A DNA stretch of 63,693 nucleotides, the filler included, from Psammoneis japonica (taxonomy: Eukaryota), in the NCBI GenBank assembly GCA_008632985.1. It is 3 parts of 3 records of this genome, joined end to end, with 100 filler letters (N's around TTAATTAATTAA, not from the genome) between each part and the next. Parts side by side here need not be neighbours in the genome. Positions count along the whole stretch, not along the records: positions 28,551 to 56,596 come from QPGO01000408.1; 2 more parts are not named here. One strand, given 5' to 3'. A program made the position numbers and the translations under genes. Below, piece by piece: positions 34,489 through 46,899 of the stretch. How positions within the stretch are numbered: the first letter of the stretch is position 1; each line of letters begins with the position of its first letter. Under the pieces are notes generated by a model. That model saw nothing but the letters and a program-made list of their open reading frames with translations, was not told where the DNA came from and did not search any database.

Positions 34489-37400
34489 TGTTCCAGTGAA
34501 GTGTGGCCAGCAACTGCAAGAACTGTGCAGGAGTGTCCTTTGACTGCTGTTGTCATCACACCCATTGACACAACATCACTGGGTTTCTGCATTGCTTTCC
34601 CAACTGCTGCTTCATCAGAGCCACTTTTCTGTGCAAGCACCAACTGTCAGCCCCTGCGTGTGTTTCCATGCATGCTCTTGCACTGACATTGCCCTTTTTG
34701 GACGGTGTTTTGCTGGTCCCCCCCCCCCCCCCAACCTTTTGGCCCCTTCTGCCATTGGCACGCCCTTGTCTCTCCATGATGTGCAACAATTTTCAGTGGA
34801 GAAAACCCGGCGTCAATGCCTTGTGGTTCGCACGCTTGTTGTCTTGTTTGGCAATTTTTTGCGGATTTAGTGCAATTTCTTTTCCTCCCGCTGGCCACTC
34901 AAGTTCTTCACCTCATGTGGTGAAAGCACTGTCCCTGTCATTGCACCTGTGTGTGTTGGTTTGGATGAACCATTGGCATTGCCTGATGACTGTCCATTCG
35001 CTGCATGGACTGGCATTTCTGTGCAAGATTCAGTGTCAATTCTACGTGAGAACAATGTTTGCTTCTTCCGACGACCTTCTCATCATGTCACCAAGAAGGT
35101 CACCTGTTTCATTCTTGCAAGTCCCAAACACCCCCTTTTCTTCTTGCTGGCCTGCCAAGATCACTGTTCCGGGCAGCAAACTGCACACTTTTGTGCTGGT
35201 GCATGCAATTGTGAAATTCAGTCAGTCTTTGTTAAGACAAGATTCTCCCTCAGAAGCAAAGATTTTCTCCCAGAGTTTTCACTCACTTTGAATGCTCTGC
35301 TTGATGCAATTGTCCTTTGCTGTGGCAGTTTGGGTGCACCAAATCCTCTCTGAAGGAAAGCAATAATCTCATTCTTGTGCAATTCCTCCTTGTGACCTCT
35401 TGTCTCCAGTGTGCATTGCTGCCAAGCCGCGCATTGACCGACTGATTGCGTGAACTTCTGCCACACCCCTCGCAGGGTGCACTGGAGGTGTGGGTCAGCC
35501 GGCACCAGTGTTGCTGGGCAAAGGTGTGACTGTGCCACTTCATCAGAGCCAATTGCTTTTTAGCTGAAGAGAGACATTCTGTGAGCAACCAGGACATGTC
35601 AAGCATCAAGATTCAAGTTGAGAGTCAGGGGCAGAAGCACCCCTGCCAGTGCACAGCTGAGGAAGTTGAGCAGGCCAAGGAGGTTTGCACCCATGTCAAG
35701 ATCTCTTGCAGATCCGGTGGAGGACACTGGGTTGATGACACCACCAATGGCACCAGAGCTTTGTGTCCTGAACAACAGGCTCTTGACACTCAAGCTGGGC
35801 GTGAGGAGTGCCAGTGACAAGGTCACAGAGGCCAAAAGAATTTTGTTGCTGACCAGTGAACACAACACTGCAACATGCTCAGGCACAAGAGCACAAAACC
35901 AGCAAAGAGAACACCACAAAACACACTGTGCAAAAACACACCAGCCCCACGTAGCCCCTTTCAGGCAGGAAACCCAAGTGTCCCAAGCATCACCACGAAG
36001 TCAAGATGTTTGACCCCGCATGTGACATCACAGATTGGGATGACATTGCCAATGCATTTGCAATCACGGAGCCCATCAACGACAACCTGCAGACATTCCT
36101 TACAGAGCCTGGCCTCAGGCCAATCTTGTTGGATTTAACTGCCCAATTCTCAAACGAACACAGCATCGGCAGCATCCAACCATTTGTTGACTTCGCGCAG
36201 CTCCCATTGCTGTCTGTCCATGACATGCCAGGACACCAAGCATTCAAGAACCTTGGCAAAGATGTGGTGCACATCCGTGCACACAGAGCCCATGCCAGGG
36301 AATTCATGCATGACAAAGCTGGCGACTTTGTTGTCTCCCATTTTGATGCACCCACCTTTACACTGTGCAGGCAACGTCAACAGCGTGCAACATGAGTCCA
36401 ACTTTGCAGTGCTGGTGCCAAATGGTTTGACCCCCCAAAACCAAAACCAATTGCCATGTGTCCCCAACATGTGCCGGCACTCCCACAGCACCCCCACACC
36501 TGCCCCATCTGCAGAAGCTTCCACCCCTGCAACCACACCAGCCACTTCAATGCCAGCTGCCAAAGATGCCCCAGCTGTGGCACCACCATTGGACCCCCCA
36601 CCCACCCACTCTGCCTCCCACCAATCCAAGCCCCTGCTGCCATTGGGTGTTTCCTTTGGAGGCCTTCCCTCTGCCACTGCCATCCACCCCGATGCACGAC
36701 CACCCCACACTGCATCACCCAATGCACCACACCATGGCAACAGGGGGGATGTGCCACTGAAGACAATGCATTCTCTGCTCCTGGTCACGACAGTGCCGCA
36801 CTGTCCTGCATTGATGCTGACCACTGTTGTCACCTGTGAAATGTCCTCTCTGCAATGTCCTCTCTTGTGCCACTCCAAAGAATGTCACCATGCTGTCTGC
36901 AAATGGCACCCCATCTTGGTCAAGATTGCTTGGGATGGGAACAACATGATGTTCCCACAATTCAAATCCTTGTTTGAGGAAAATTGGATCATGCAACAGG
37001 CTGGCCACTTGACGGACCCTGACTTTCTGCAGGTGCACAAGGAACACAGTGAACAAGTCTTAGAGTTGATGCCAGACTTGCAACCCAACATCACTCTCAA
37101 CCAACTGCTGGCAGACCGTGAATGTGTGCATGGTGCCTTGGTCACTGCATGCCGCAAGGGCATTGGAAAACAATTCCTTGCACCACACAAGAAAGACAAA
37201 GATGGGTTTGAGGCATGGCATGCTTTCCTGGAGCACCACAAAGAAGAAGGCACTTCCGACTTGCTCAGATCAAACTGGGAAGACACTGTCAACATGTGGC
37301 ACTCCCAACACTGCACGGGTGAAGTGACCGCATTCATCAATGATTGCAAGATGGCCTTCACCAAAATCAACCAAATCAATGTTGAGGCTGCCATTCACCA

Positions 37401-40400
37401 AGATGCACCCACACACGCAGCATGCCAATGGGCTGACAGCACACACAAGGCATGACTGCTCACCAATCTTTGCTCCAACCTGACGCATGACATTGCAGCC
37501 CAATGCGACGCTTTGTCCTGTGGCGACACCTTGATCTGTCTTTGGAAATGGGCAAGCTGATGCAACAAGGACCACACAGAACAAAGCCGCCACCACATCA
37601 AGACCACCATGCAGGAACCACCTCATTTGGAAGACAATTTCAAGACCATCCTCTGTGACATTGTTGAAGCCCACATCAATGCTGCACAATGCACCCACAA
37701 GGGGACAGACATTCCTGATGGTTGCAACACACCAGCCGAGATCCCACAATTGACACCAGACAAGGACAAGGGTGCCATCATGCACCCATTGTGACGAGCC
37801 AGTCAAAGAACTCATTGCTGGCATTGACCACAGGACCCAGTGGGCTTGTTCCACTCTGTCAATGTGACATGTTCCGTCATCAGCAACGTGTCATCCCTCA
37901 AGGCACGCGTGCTTTTGGGACAGGCCCGAGGTGACCAACCATCACTCATCTCTGATGGCGGTGCTGACACTGGGGTGTTCAGACAAGGCAAACCCAATTG
38001 GTTTCTATGAGTCTCATGCACGTGTCAATGGTCTGGACATCACTGGCAGCATCACTGTGATGGACTCACCAGACAGATCTGTGGTGCTGCTTGCTGTGCA
38101 CGAGGGCACAGCCAACCCCACCCCATCCTTCTTGTCATTGTTGGAATGCCAGTGTCAAGAAGCAGGTTGCGTCATTGATTTGGTCCCCCATCACCACCTG
38201 AGTGCAGCCGGCCACCGTGGTGCCCAACGTTTCACCACACCCAATGGCATCATCATCCCCTTCTCAACCCATGGCATGCTCATGGCCATCCCACATCACT
38301 TGCCCTTGGATGACAAACTCCACGAGACAACTCCCATCAACATCACTGCATCTGGAGTGTGGAACCCCACAGAGCACTGTGCTGATGCCCAAGATCCTGA
38401 TCTGGGTTCAGTTGCAGCACAACTTCCATCCACTCATGCCACGTGGGGTGATGTGCCAGATTGCAGCAACCTCAAAGAGGCCACTGCAACACACATCAAG
38501 AACATTGATGATGCCGATTCCCTCCCTGCTTTGATTGGCTGTGGAGCTGACAATGACAATGACAGTGCTGTCAGCTCCAGCAGCTCCATCCCAGAACTTG
38601 TCATCCACAACAATGATGATGATGACAACACTGTTGAATCCAACATTGCCCCAGAAGATGCCTCTGTGCCCCCACTTGAGAGCCAACTGGATGGACCGGA
38701 CAACCATGGAAGTGAGGTGCAACAAGAAGATGGGAACAACCCACAGGATGACAAATGTCCATCCCCAGTCTGTGCACAAGGGACAACAGCTTTGTAGAAT
38801 CCAACAAGAGCAGACCTCTGGACTCACCTCATGAGTCAAGACAACAAGCATGCTCTGCCAATGTCACACCTCTGGATGACATCAATGATCCACCCTCACC
38901 AATGGATGAGGAGTTCCATGATTGCCTTGTCAATTTGGAAGAGGCGAGATTGCAGACCCCATCATTGGCATTGAACTCCAGTTCACAGACAAATTGCTGC
39001 TGGATCAATGAGACACGCCAACACATGATGACACTGAGACATCAGCATTGGTCCAGACCAAGCCCCAGTGCTTCTTCAATGCATTGGAACAAATGCCGAG
39101 AAGATGCAAGCGTGCATTCCACCTGACCATGGAGTGCGCACACACTGCAACCATCAAAGAATGGGGTCTTGATGAACACTTGGACTCTCTGGAGGATGAC
39201 AAACCATTTGGCAAGCACGCGCCATTTGACTCCTTTGCATGTGCCACTCAGGTGGCCCAACGCTCATTCACCAAATCCGAGTTGGATGCCCTGCATCCCA
39301 AGTTTGCATGTCGACCAAGAAAGGTTGTCAAACTGACCATGGAAGCCATGACACAACTGCAAAGTCACACTTTCATGTGCCCCTCCAGCAACATTTGAAG
39401 GCACGGCACCCACAATTGAACCACGTGAGACTGCCTTGAGGAGATGGCAGTGACTGACACCTGCTTTGCCGGTGTCAAAAGCCTCTCAGGCTGTTCATGC
39501 GGACAGGTCCATTGGGGAACATCATCCCACATGACTGGCTTCCACTCCATGAAAGAGTCCAAGCTTCCACCCACACACAAGGACTTCATGCACAAGGAAG
39601 GAGCCCCACAGATCCTCCATTGCGACAATGCCAAAGCACAAAAGTCCAAAGTTGTCACTGATCTCAATCGCAAGTTTGCAGCTGGTGACCAGTTCACAGA
39701 GCCACATCATCCACACCAAAATCCCACGGAATTGCACACCATCAAATGTCTGAAAACACATTCCCAAACAGTCATGGACAGTGCCAGTGCATCTGGCATT
39801 GCGTGGCCCAAATGCTGTGCATGCGTTGCCGCTGCACACAATGTCACCACCAATGAGACCCTGGGCTGGTCCACACCCCTCCAAACATGACATGGAGACA
39901 CCCCCAACATGTCTCCGCATTCCTCAACTTTCATTTCTGCCAGAAGCCACCACATCTGGACATGACTCTGCCATTTTCCCATGGCTGTGAACTTCCTGGG
40001 CACTGGTTGGCAAACCAAATGTTGGAGATGCCCTCACCTGCAAGATCCTCACCAATGACAACAAGCAGATCATGTCATGATCCGTTGTCCAACCCTGTGA
40101 CCCCAATCATGATTGCAAATCCATGAGTGTCATTCAACCCCATTGTGGACCCCACCTTCCTTGACAATGAAGACAAACAAGATGCCTTGGACCCCAACAC
40201 ATGCGCCATCAATGGCAGTCACATCCCCACTCTGCATTGCAGTGACAAGCACATCCCCCCATCAAAAAAGTGGACAAGGCCACATTCCTCCCTCCAAAGA
40301 AGAAGAAAAGCCACCAAGAACCCAACAGACCTTGATGCGAGTCAACCCCTTGGAGGGACAGGGGAGCGCTGATGCACCCACAAATGCACCAATGCTCCAA

Positions 40401-42365
40401 CCAGGGGGACAAAGACACCTGCTCCAGCTCCCACATCAGATGGGGCAATGGCACAGGCCACACCAGTTCCCATGACAGATGGAGCAATGGCACGGGCTCA
40501 CAAGCAGCCACCCTTGAAGCGCACATGATCTGGTTGCCAGATCAAGCCACCCAGTTGGTGCGCTCACATGACCAAGGCAGCCTTGACCACGATTCTGCCC
40601 TTGGTGACAACAGCACAGCTGGCATCACTTGGCATCACTTCTGTCTTGAACATGCACCAGGATTGCTGGTCTGGAATTCAGTGAGCTGCAAGGCCACATT
40701 CTCATCATCTGCAAAGGACTGTGTGGCCTGTGTGCCTCTGGCACCCGCTTCCATGAGAACCTGTCAGCCCGACTCCATAAACTTGGTTTTCACCCATCTG
40801 GACCTGATGCCAATTTTTGGATCAAGTGTGCCGGTGACCACTGTGAGTGTGTTGCCACCTTTGGTGACAATGTTGTGGTCTTTTCCAAACATCCCATGGC
40901 AGTTGTTGACAAATTGTGCAAGCACTGCACCCTGAAAGGCATTGGAGCCCCAGAGTGCTGCTTGGGGGGATGTGATTGACCCAAGTGACAAATGGAAGAA
41001 CAGCAGCATGCACGCTGCACCATCTGCCAAAACTTGCATTGAGAATGCTGTTTCAAAGGTTGAGGGCATGTTCAACAAAGACTTGCAATTGCAGAAAACA
41101 CCAATGTGCAAATTGTGCCATCCGGAACTCAACAAAACTCCCCCATGCAACACAGACGATGCTTCCCACTTCTGAAGCTCAATCAGAAGTGCAAACTGGG
41201 CCATCACACTCAGGCACATGGATGTCCACCATGCAACAACAACCTTGGCCAGATGCTCCATGGATCCATGGGAAGGACGTTTGACAGCTGCAAAGCGGAC
41301 ACTCGGATGCTTGAAAAAGTTCCCCAAGGCCCAATCCATTGTCGACCTGTCACATCCCAATTCACCTGACATTGACACACTTCACATGACAAACTGGCAA
41401 GAAAGGCACCCAGATGCCAAGGAAGAATTGCCTGCCGATGCACTGGAGCCCCTTGGGAAGGCCGCATCCATGGCCCCATGGGCAGATGCCAACCACGCAC
41501 AGATCAGTCACCTGTGTTGTCTTGTGCATCAACAACACCTTCATAAGATTGACCTGCAAACAACAACAAATGGTCAAAACATCCATGCACGGATCCAAAT
41601 TGGTCACAGCCCAAATGGCAGTTGAACAGATTGTTGAATGGCGTTGCAACTTGTGCATGCTGGGAGCACCTGTCCGAGGACCAGCCACAATGATGGGTGA
41701 CAATCAAGCGGTTGTCACCAGTGCAGCCATTCCAAGCAGTGTGCTTGAGGACAAGCACAACACTGTTGCCTGCCATCATGTCAAAGAAGCATGTGCAGAA
41801 GACATTGCACAATTTTGCCATGTCCCAACCAGAGACAACGTGAGCAACGTCTTAACAAAACCCCTGGCCAATGCAGTCTTCCACAAGTGCATTCACGGTG
41901 CATTGTTCCGACAACCCTCGCAGGGTGCACTGCTCACTCACTCAAAATGTGTGATCAGGAAGCTCTCTGGAGAGGGGCCATTGCAATGGCTGACCATTGA
42001 AAGTGTTGCCACTCTGATTCACACTGGCGGTGATGGTCCCTGTTGCCCACAAGGTTTTCACTGTCTGTTTGTCCAATTTCAAAATTTTGGATTCAGTTGA
42101 TGACATGGGGAAACCTGTGAATCTCACATCATGTCATGGAACTGGGGCAATCAGAAAATGTCCAAACTTGCACAAATGTGTGAAGACTCATGTTTTGGGC
42201 CTGTTGGCAGTTGGGCAATGTTTGGTGAGAGCAAGCTGAGCACAAACCATGCAGTTTCCTGCGTGATCACACTGCTCACCCATCTTGGAAGATTTGCTGC
42301 TCATTTCTCACAATTTTTTCCAGAGTCACACCACAGCAGAGATCATGGCAATCTGTTGAGCACCC

Positions 42366-42770
42366 ATGTTTAGATGCAGGCATCATGGTTTCAAGGTTGG
42401 TGACTGCGTCATCTTCGTTGAGGGCACACACAAAGGGAAAGGTTGTGGAGCCATCATTTGCTTCACTTTTAAGAGGGTGGTTGCAGAGTTAGATTTCCTG
42501 TGCAAGAACCCGACATCTGCCGTGGATCCCAAGAGCATCAAGCCAGTCAAAGATGATTCAAGCAACAATGGATCATCCATGCCAGAAGTCACTGTGAAAA
42601 AGCAGATCATCCAAGCATTCACCAAGACCCCCAAACTCGATGAGAACCCATTCCGTGCGGGCAAGATCTTGGCATTGCATCATCTCTCAGTGACCAATGA
42701 TCATGCAGAACACGTGGTTGTGGGACACATGCACTCTGCCATGACTGCTCTTTTGTCCCTGTTGGAGTGA
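42366..42770 (+). pseudogene. Extra ORF with KOW-like motif between RNase H and the 3' LTR
   Basis: 'FKVGD(C)VIFVEGT(H)KGKG(C)G' matches the KOW pattern F..GD.V.V..G.YKG..G. The stop is followed directly by a polypurine tract GGGGAG and then TG. Confidence 0.55.
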
Positions 42771-42776
42771 GGGGAG

Positions 42777-43060
42777 TGTTGGAGGGTTTTGAGCACTCCA
42801 ATTGGCCAAACTGATCAAACATGCTCAAGATGTCCCAATGACTTGCATTTGTCTTGACAGCTGCAAATGTCCCTGGCTAAATCTGTTGCCACAAGCCCGT
42901 GATCAAAGAGACAATCTGCCAATGAGATCTTCCATGAAACTGGGGAATGACATGCATTGTGGGGAAACAACAAATGTTTTTGAGAACATGGTGGAATGGG
43001 AAGAAAGGGCATTCCACCTCACTCATGTGTGAGACCACATTCGTGTGGATGCAATGTTCA
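42777..43060 (+). repeat. Candidate 3' LTR
   Basis: Begins TG right after the PPT gaggggag and ends CA; its last 103 bp match 34386-34488. Confidence 0.55.
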
Positions 43061-44039
43061 CACTTGTCCAATCCACAGAGCAACAAAATGAACTCAAAAG
43101 GAGGAAACTTGACTTTGCTCAGCCTCCATTGCTTGTGTGGATTTTTCACTGCTTCATTTCTCAGATGCAAGTGCCCAGCCCAATTTCATGATCCACAATT
43201 GTTGCAAGAAACAAATGTGACAAGAGACAACTTGCAAGAGTGTGTGGTCGATGGATGTGTTTGGCGTGCTTGGTGCAAAATGCTCACATCAAGTGCTTGA
43301 GATGCCAGAAGTCCATGTGATTCCATCAAAATCACTCAAGTGTCCAGAATGACATGCGCGGAAGATCTCAAGATGGCGTCAAGCGCATGAACAAAGTCTC
43401 CCAAAGAAAGTGGGGTGGGAGTCAAGATGATGGTGGCAAACAAATGAAATGCAAGTGGCAGATTTTTAGACACCATTGGCAGTCATGGCTCTTTCCACTT
43501 CAAAACGATCACACCATTCACCTCCATCTCAAAACAAAAAAAAGCACTCATCCAAACAACAGAAAGGAGAGTCTCTCACTCTCATGCAAGCCATCGTTGA
43601 GGGTGCAGCTGCAGCAGGCAAGAACGGAGCCGTCATGGTGAACTTGTCATTTCACACATGATCGTGGAGTTTGCTTCAGAAGGTCACGTAGAATCTGCAC
43701 ACGCCCAGCACAGGTTCACAGGTGGCCTGGCCAGGCCAGAAAAACCGCAAATCGTCTGGCCAGGCCACGTTTTTCTGGTCATGGATGTGAATGCTGCAGG
43801 CTGCACTGCAAGTGTTGCCGTTGCTGCTGAAGGATTGTTCGATCTTGACGTGTGTTGTGGAGATTCAAAGCAACAACATGATGTTGAAAATTGTGAGCTT
43901 TGAGCATTGTACTGGGTGCCAAAAGATTTGTCGTGTTCGCGGCACGGGACTGAAACAATCACAATGATTTTTGAGATTGATGAGCACTGGTCGCCTGTGC
44001 TTTAGGTAAGCTCATTACCTATTGTGTGACGTACGTACG

Positions 44040-44230
44040 ACGTCGGCGGCAGTTTTTGATTTTTTGCCGCAGCACACTGACTAACCGTAACCGTGAGAGA
44101 GCAGAGAGTGATGATTCACTCATTGCTCTCGTCATTCTTTCGCTTTTCTCAACACCACCAAGGCTTGTCGCTGTTCTAGCAAGTAGCTGTCTTAGTCTAA
44201 ATCGCTTTTTGGCTGGAAAAATCAACAAAC
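44040..44230 (+). promoter_or_regulatory. CCB1 upstream region / 5' UTR with hairpin GAGTGA-TGAT-TCACTC; diverged paralog at ~29077-29230
   Basis: Shared blocks cgtcggcggc, gagagtgatgattcactcat, aacacc.ccaaggc and aaaaatcaacaaa occur in the same order at both loci. Confidence 0.6.
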
Positions 44231-45366
44231 ATGATTGCAACACGGCGTTTGTTTGGACTCTTGCTGTTGCTCGTGTCGACCAATGTTTCTGCCTTTGTGT
44301 CACCGGCGTCGTTTGCCACGCACAACAACAACAAGCAACAATTTTCATCATCTCTCCAATTGATGGATCCCATTCACCTGTTTGATGGAGCACTCACGAC
44401 TCTAGCCGACAATGAGGCCGCCTTACCCGCTGCGGGTGAAGTTTCCTACAGCCGCGTCAGCTACTACACCGTCTTGGCCTTGTACGTCATGTCTTTCCCA
44501 GGATTGTGGTCTCAAATCAAACGCAGCACGACGGCAAAAATCAAGCGGAAAACCTACGTTAGGTGAGAAACATAATGACTGATGTGTGTACTTTCACGTT
44601 TTTTAATTGGATCTAATCATTTTCAATCTCTATCCAATACTTTGAATTGTAGTCCAGGAGAAAACGCAGAGAGTGGCAAGGATCTTCGTCAACAGGCGGG
44701 TGAAATCATGGCGTGTACGTGAAACAAAAAAGTCTGAATCAGCGCTCTTGTCTTTTTTGCGTTTTCGCCTCACTTTACTTTTCTATTTTACAAAATATTA
44801 GACATGAAGGCCAACAACTACGAGGTTGTCGAGGCTGGAGAAACCATTACCTTTCGTGGACTTGTCCAACGCAGCACGAGTCAAGCCTTTTTCTTGACTT
44901 TTTGCACCGCTCTTGGAATGGCTTCGTTGGCATTGGTGTTGCAGATTCAGTTTCAAAATTTGGGTGCGTTGCGTGAAATATAAAGTGTTGTTGTGATTAT
45001 TGATTATTTGTAGCAATTGCGCTCTCACACTTTTGTGTTGCGTGGTGTCTTGGCCTCAATCTCATAATTCATATCATCATCTTGCTCTTTCTATTCACAA
45101 CCTCAACTCATTTCACTACAGTCTTGCCGGTGATTGGCCAGCCCAATTGGTTTTACTTGGTGTTGCTTTCACCGTATGCCGGCATTTATTATTGGCAAAG
45201 CGGGGACCGTGTCGACGATGTTTCCGTTAAGCTTTCCGCCAATGACGAGGAAACCGAAAATGAAATCACCGTACAGGGTAGTGAAGAAGAAGTGGAACGC
45301 ATGTGGAGAACTTTGGAGTGGCAAGAAAAGGGCATGATCAAGGTGGAGGGTATTTTGGAAGCTTGA
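44231..45366 (+). CDS. CCB1: Cofactor assembly of complex C subunit B, CCB1 (cytochrome b6 heme ci attachment), plastid-targeted; exons 44231-44562, 44653-44714, 44802-44963, 45122-45366
   Basis: The spliced protein has SYYTVLALYVMSFPGLWSQIKRS, QQAGEIMAY, GETITFRG, FLTFCT, NWFYLVLLSPYAGIYYW and EKGMIKVEG, matching plant/algal CCB1. Three GT-AG introns keep frame. Signal peptide plus SA-F motif. Normal Tyr and TpA content. Confidence 0.93.
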
Positions 45367-45743
45367 GAACGTTTCTGGGACACGATGCGAAACAAAGAGA
45401 GCAATACAACCGGCACAGCATTCAGCAGAGCAAAAAGTTACACTAGAAAGTTGTGTTCTTTGCAATGACGTAGTTTCAGGATCGTAAGTAAGGTTAGCAC
45501 AGCAGAAAACATATAAAACAACTATTATGCGTTTACGGTATGCAGACAGACCGTGTCGGAGGGAAATCCGCGCCGCCGCCGCCCGCGCTGGGCGCTGGGA
45601 CGTGAAAACGGCATTGCATGAAACAATAACGACTCTGCAGAGACAGTAATTCAAAGAAGTTATGAAACAGACGCACTCTCTAGTATCACTCGTTACAGCT
45701 AGCTCTTTTTTGCGTTCATGCGTAAATCATAGCTGCTCTTCGC

Positions 45744-46310
45744 TTACGGAGTCGGCGAGAGCGGAAAAAAGGGAAAGGGCGTGGCAATGTGTTGTGACTT
45801 TCTCATGCGCAGCAACCGCTTTCGACGAAGCCGCTGTGGTCTCTCGGGTAACGGATGAATCCAATCAATGTCCAACAACGCGGCATGTTCATCACTACCA
45901 CACACAATGGGTGACACGACTGTAGTAGTGTTCGTCTTTTGAAAATTGGAGATGCGCGGCGTCTTGATGGGTGTCATGCTAATGAGACGGCGTTTTCGGA
46001 CCGGTGTCGTGGGAATCAAATCATCGTGAGTAAAGGAAACTTCATTGGCGGGTGACTCTGCTTGTCTAGTAGTAGTCTCATCCTCCGATAGAGTCATGCG
46101 TGACACACCGTCCATCATGAGAGCTTCGTCGTCATCATCGGATACTTGTGATGGAACAGTAGCAACGGACGTTGTTGCTGCTGCTCTTGGTGGAATGGGA
46201 GATAGTTCCAGTGGAAACATGATACAAGCAGGTACTTCGATGCTACTGCTGCTGCTACTACTCCGATCTATGCTGCGCTTCTTGCTGTTGTTGCTGGTAG
46301 TGTCGGTCAT
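45744..46310 (-). CDS. Ser/Thr-rich disordered hypothetical protein
   Basis: ATG-started 188-aa ORF in the unmutated island, with many S/T-P sites and basic clusters. No family recognised. Confidence 0.5.
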   Translation of the reverse strand: MTDTTSNNSKKRSIDRSSSSSSSIEVPACIMFPLELSPIPPRAAATTSVATVPSQVSDDDDEALMMDGVSRMTLSEDETTTRQAESPANEVSFTHDDLIPTTPVRKRRLISMTPIKTPRISNFQKTNTTTVVSPIVCGSDEHAALLDIDWIHPLPERPQRLRRKRLLRMRKSQHIATPFPFFPLSPTP

Positions 46311-46899
46311 GGTTATTGCCTTCCGATGTTAGATCGCACTCTCGAGGAGAAGCCGAATGCAAATTGTGGGCAAATTTTTGAGTGCACTCTCCGACCAACG
46401 TAGAAACTTGTACTGAAATTGACGTACGTGTCATTGGCATACTTTGCATTTAAACGGAAATGAGTGTCAAAGAAAATGAATATCTACATAAATTTGTATT
46501 CTAACAGTATAACGTATACCGTTAAAGTAATATGAGAAAGAGTGCAAAAGGGTTCTTTCTTGTCAACGCCAGTTATTTGAACGAAAACATGCCGGCGTGC
46601 ATTTGATTTTTCGCGCCATTTTTTCAATTCCAAAATCGCGCTTGCGCAAGTGCGGAATTGACGCGATTGGCCCTTTCCAAGTGACGTGTCCTTCACATGT
46701 CAACGTGTCTCGCAGAAAGGAGGAACCATAACAAGTGCACTGAAAAGAACGGTGTGACGTGGACAGAACAGAACCACAAGTCCCAGGCATGTGCACGCCA
46801 GGATGATCATGCACTTCCTTTTGTGCAAGAGCTCAAGTGCCCCCAATTGTGTGCCCGCTGCACTTCTGTGACTCTGAGAACAGATGGGGCCAATGGTGG

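Larger units (their letters stand above)
34386..43060 (+). mobile_element. Ty1/Copia (diatom CoDi-like) LTR retrotransposon, degenerate, RT partly deleted
   Basis: gag at ~36000-37700; protease 'ISDGGADTG' at 37948; integrase 'TDTCFA...ILHCDNAK...TEPHHPHQNPTE' at 39444-39890; RT C-terminus at 40942-41330; RNase H 'WADANHA...GDNQAVV...DNVSNVLTKPL' at 41480-41880. Domain order PR-IN-RT-RH. Confidence 0.92.

Noticed and set aside
34381..43065. Target-site duplication and PBS for the Copia element
   Set aside because: The flanks (ggcac / cactt) do not match and no tRNA-complementary PBS was recognised, so the LTR limits remain tentative.
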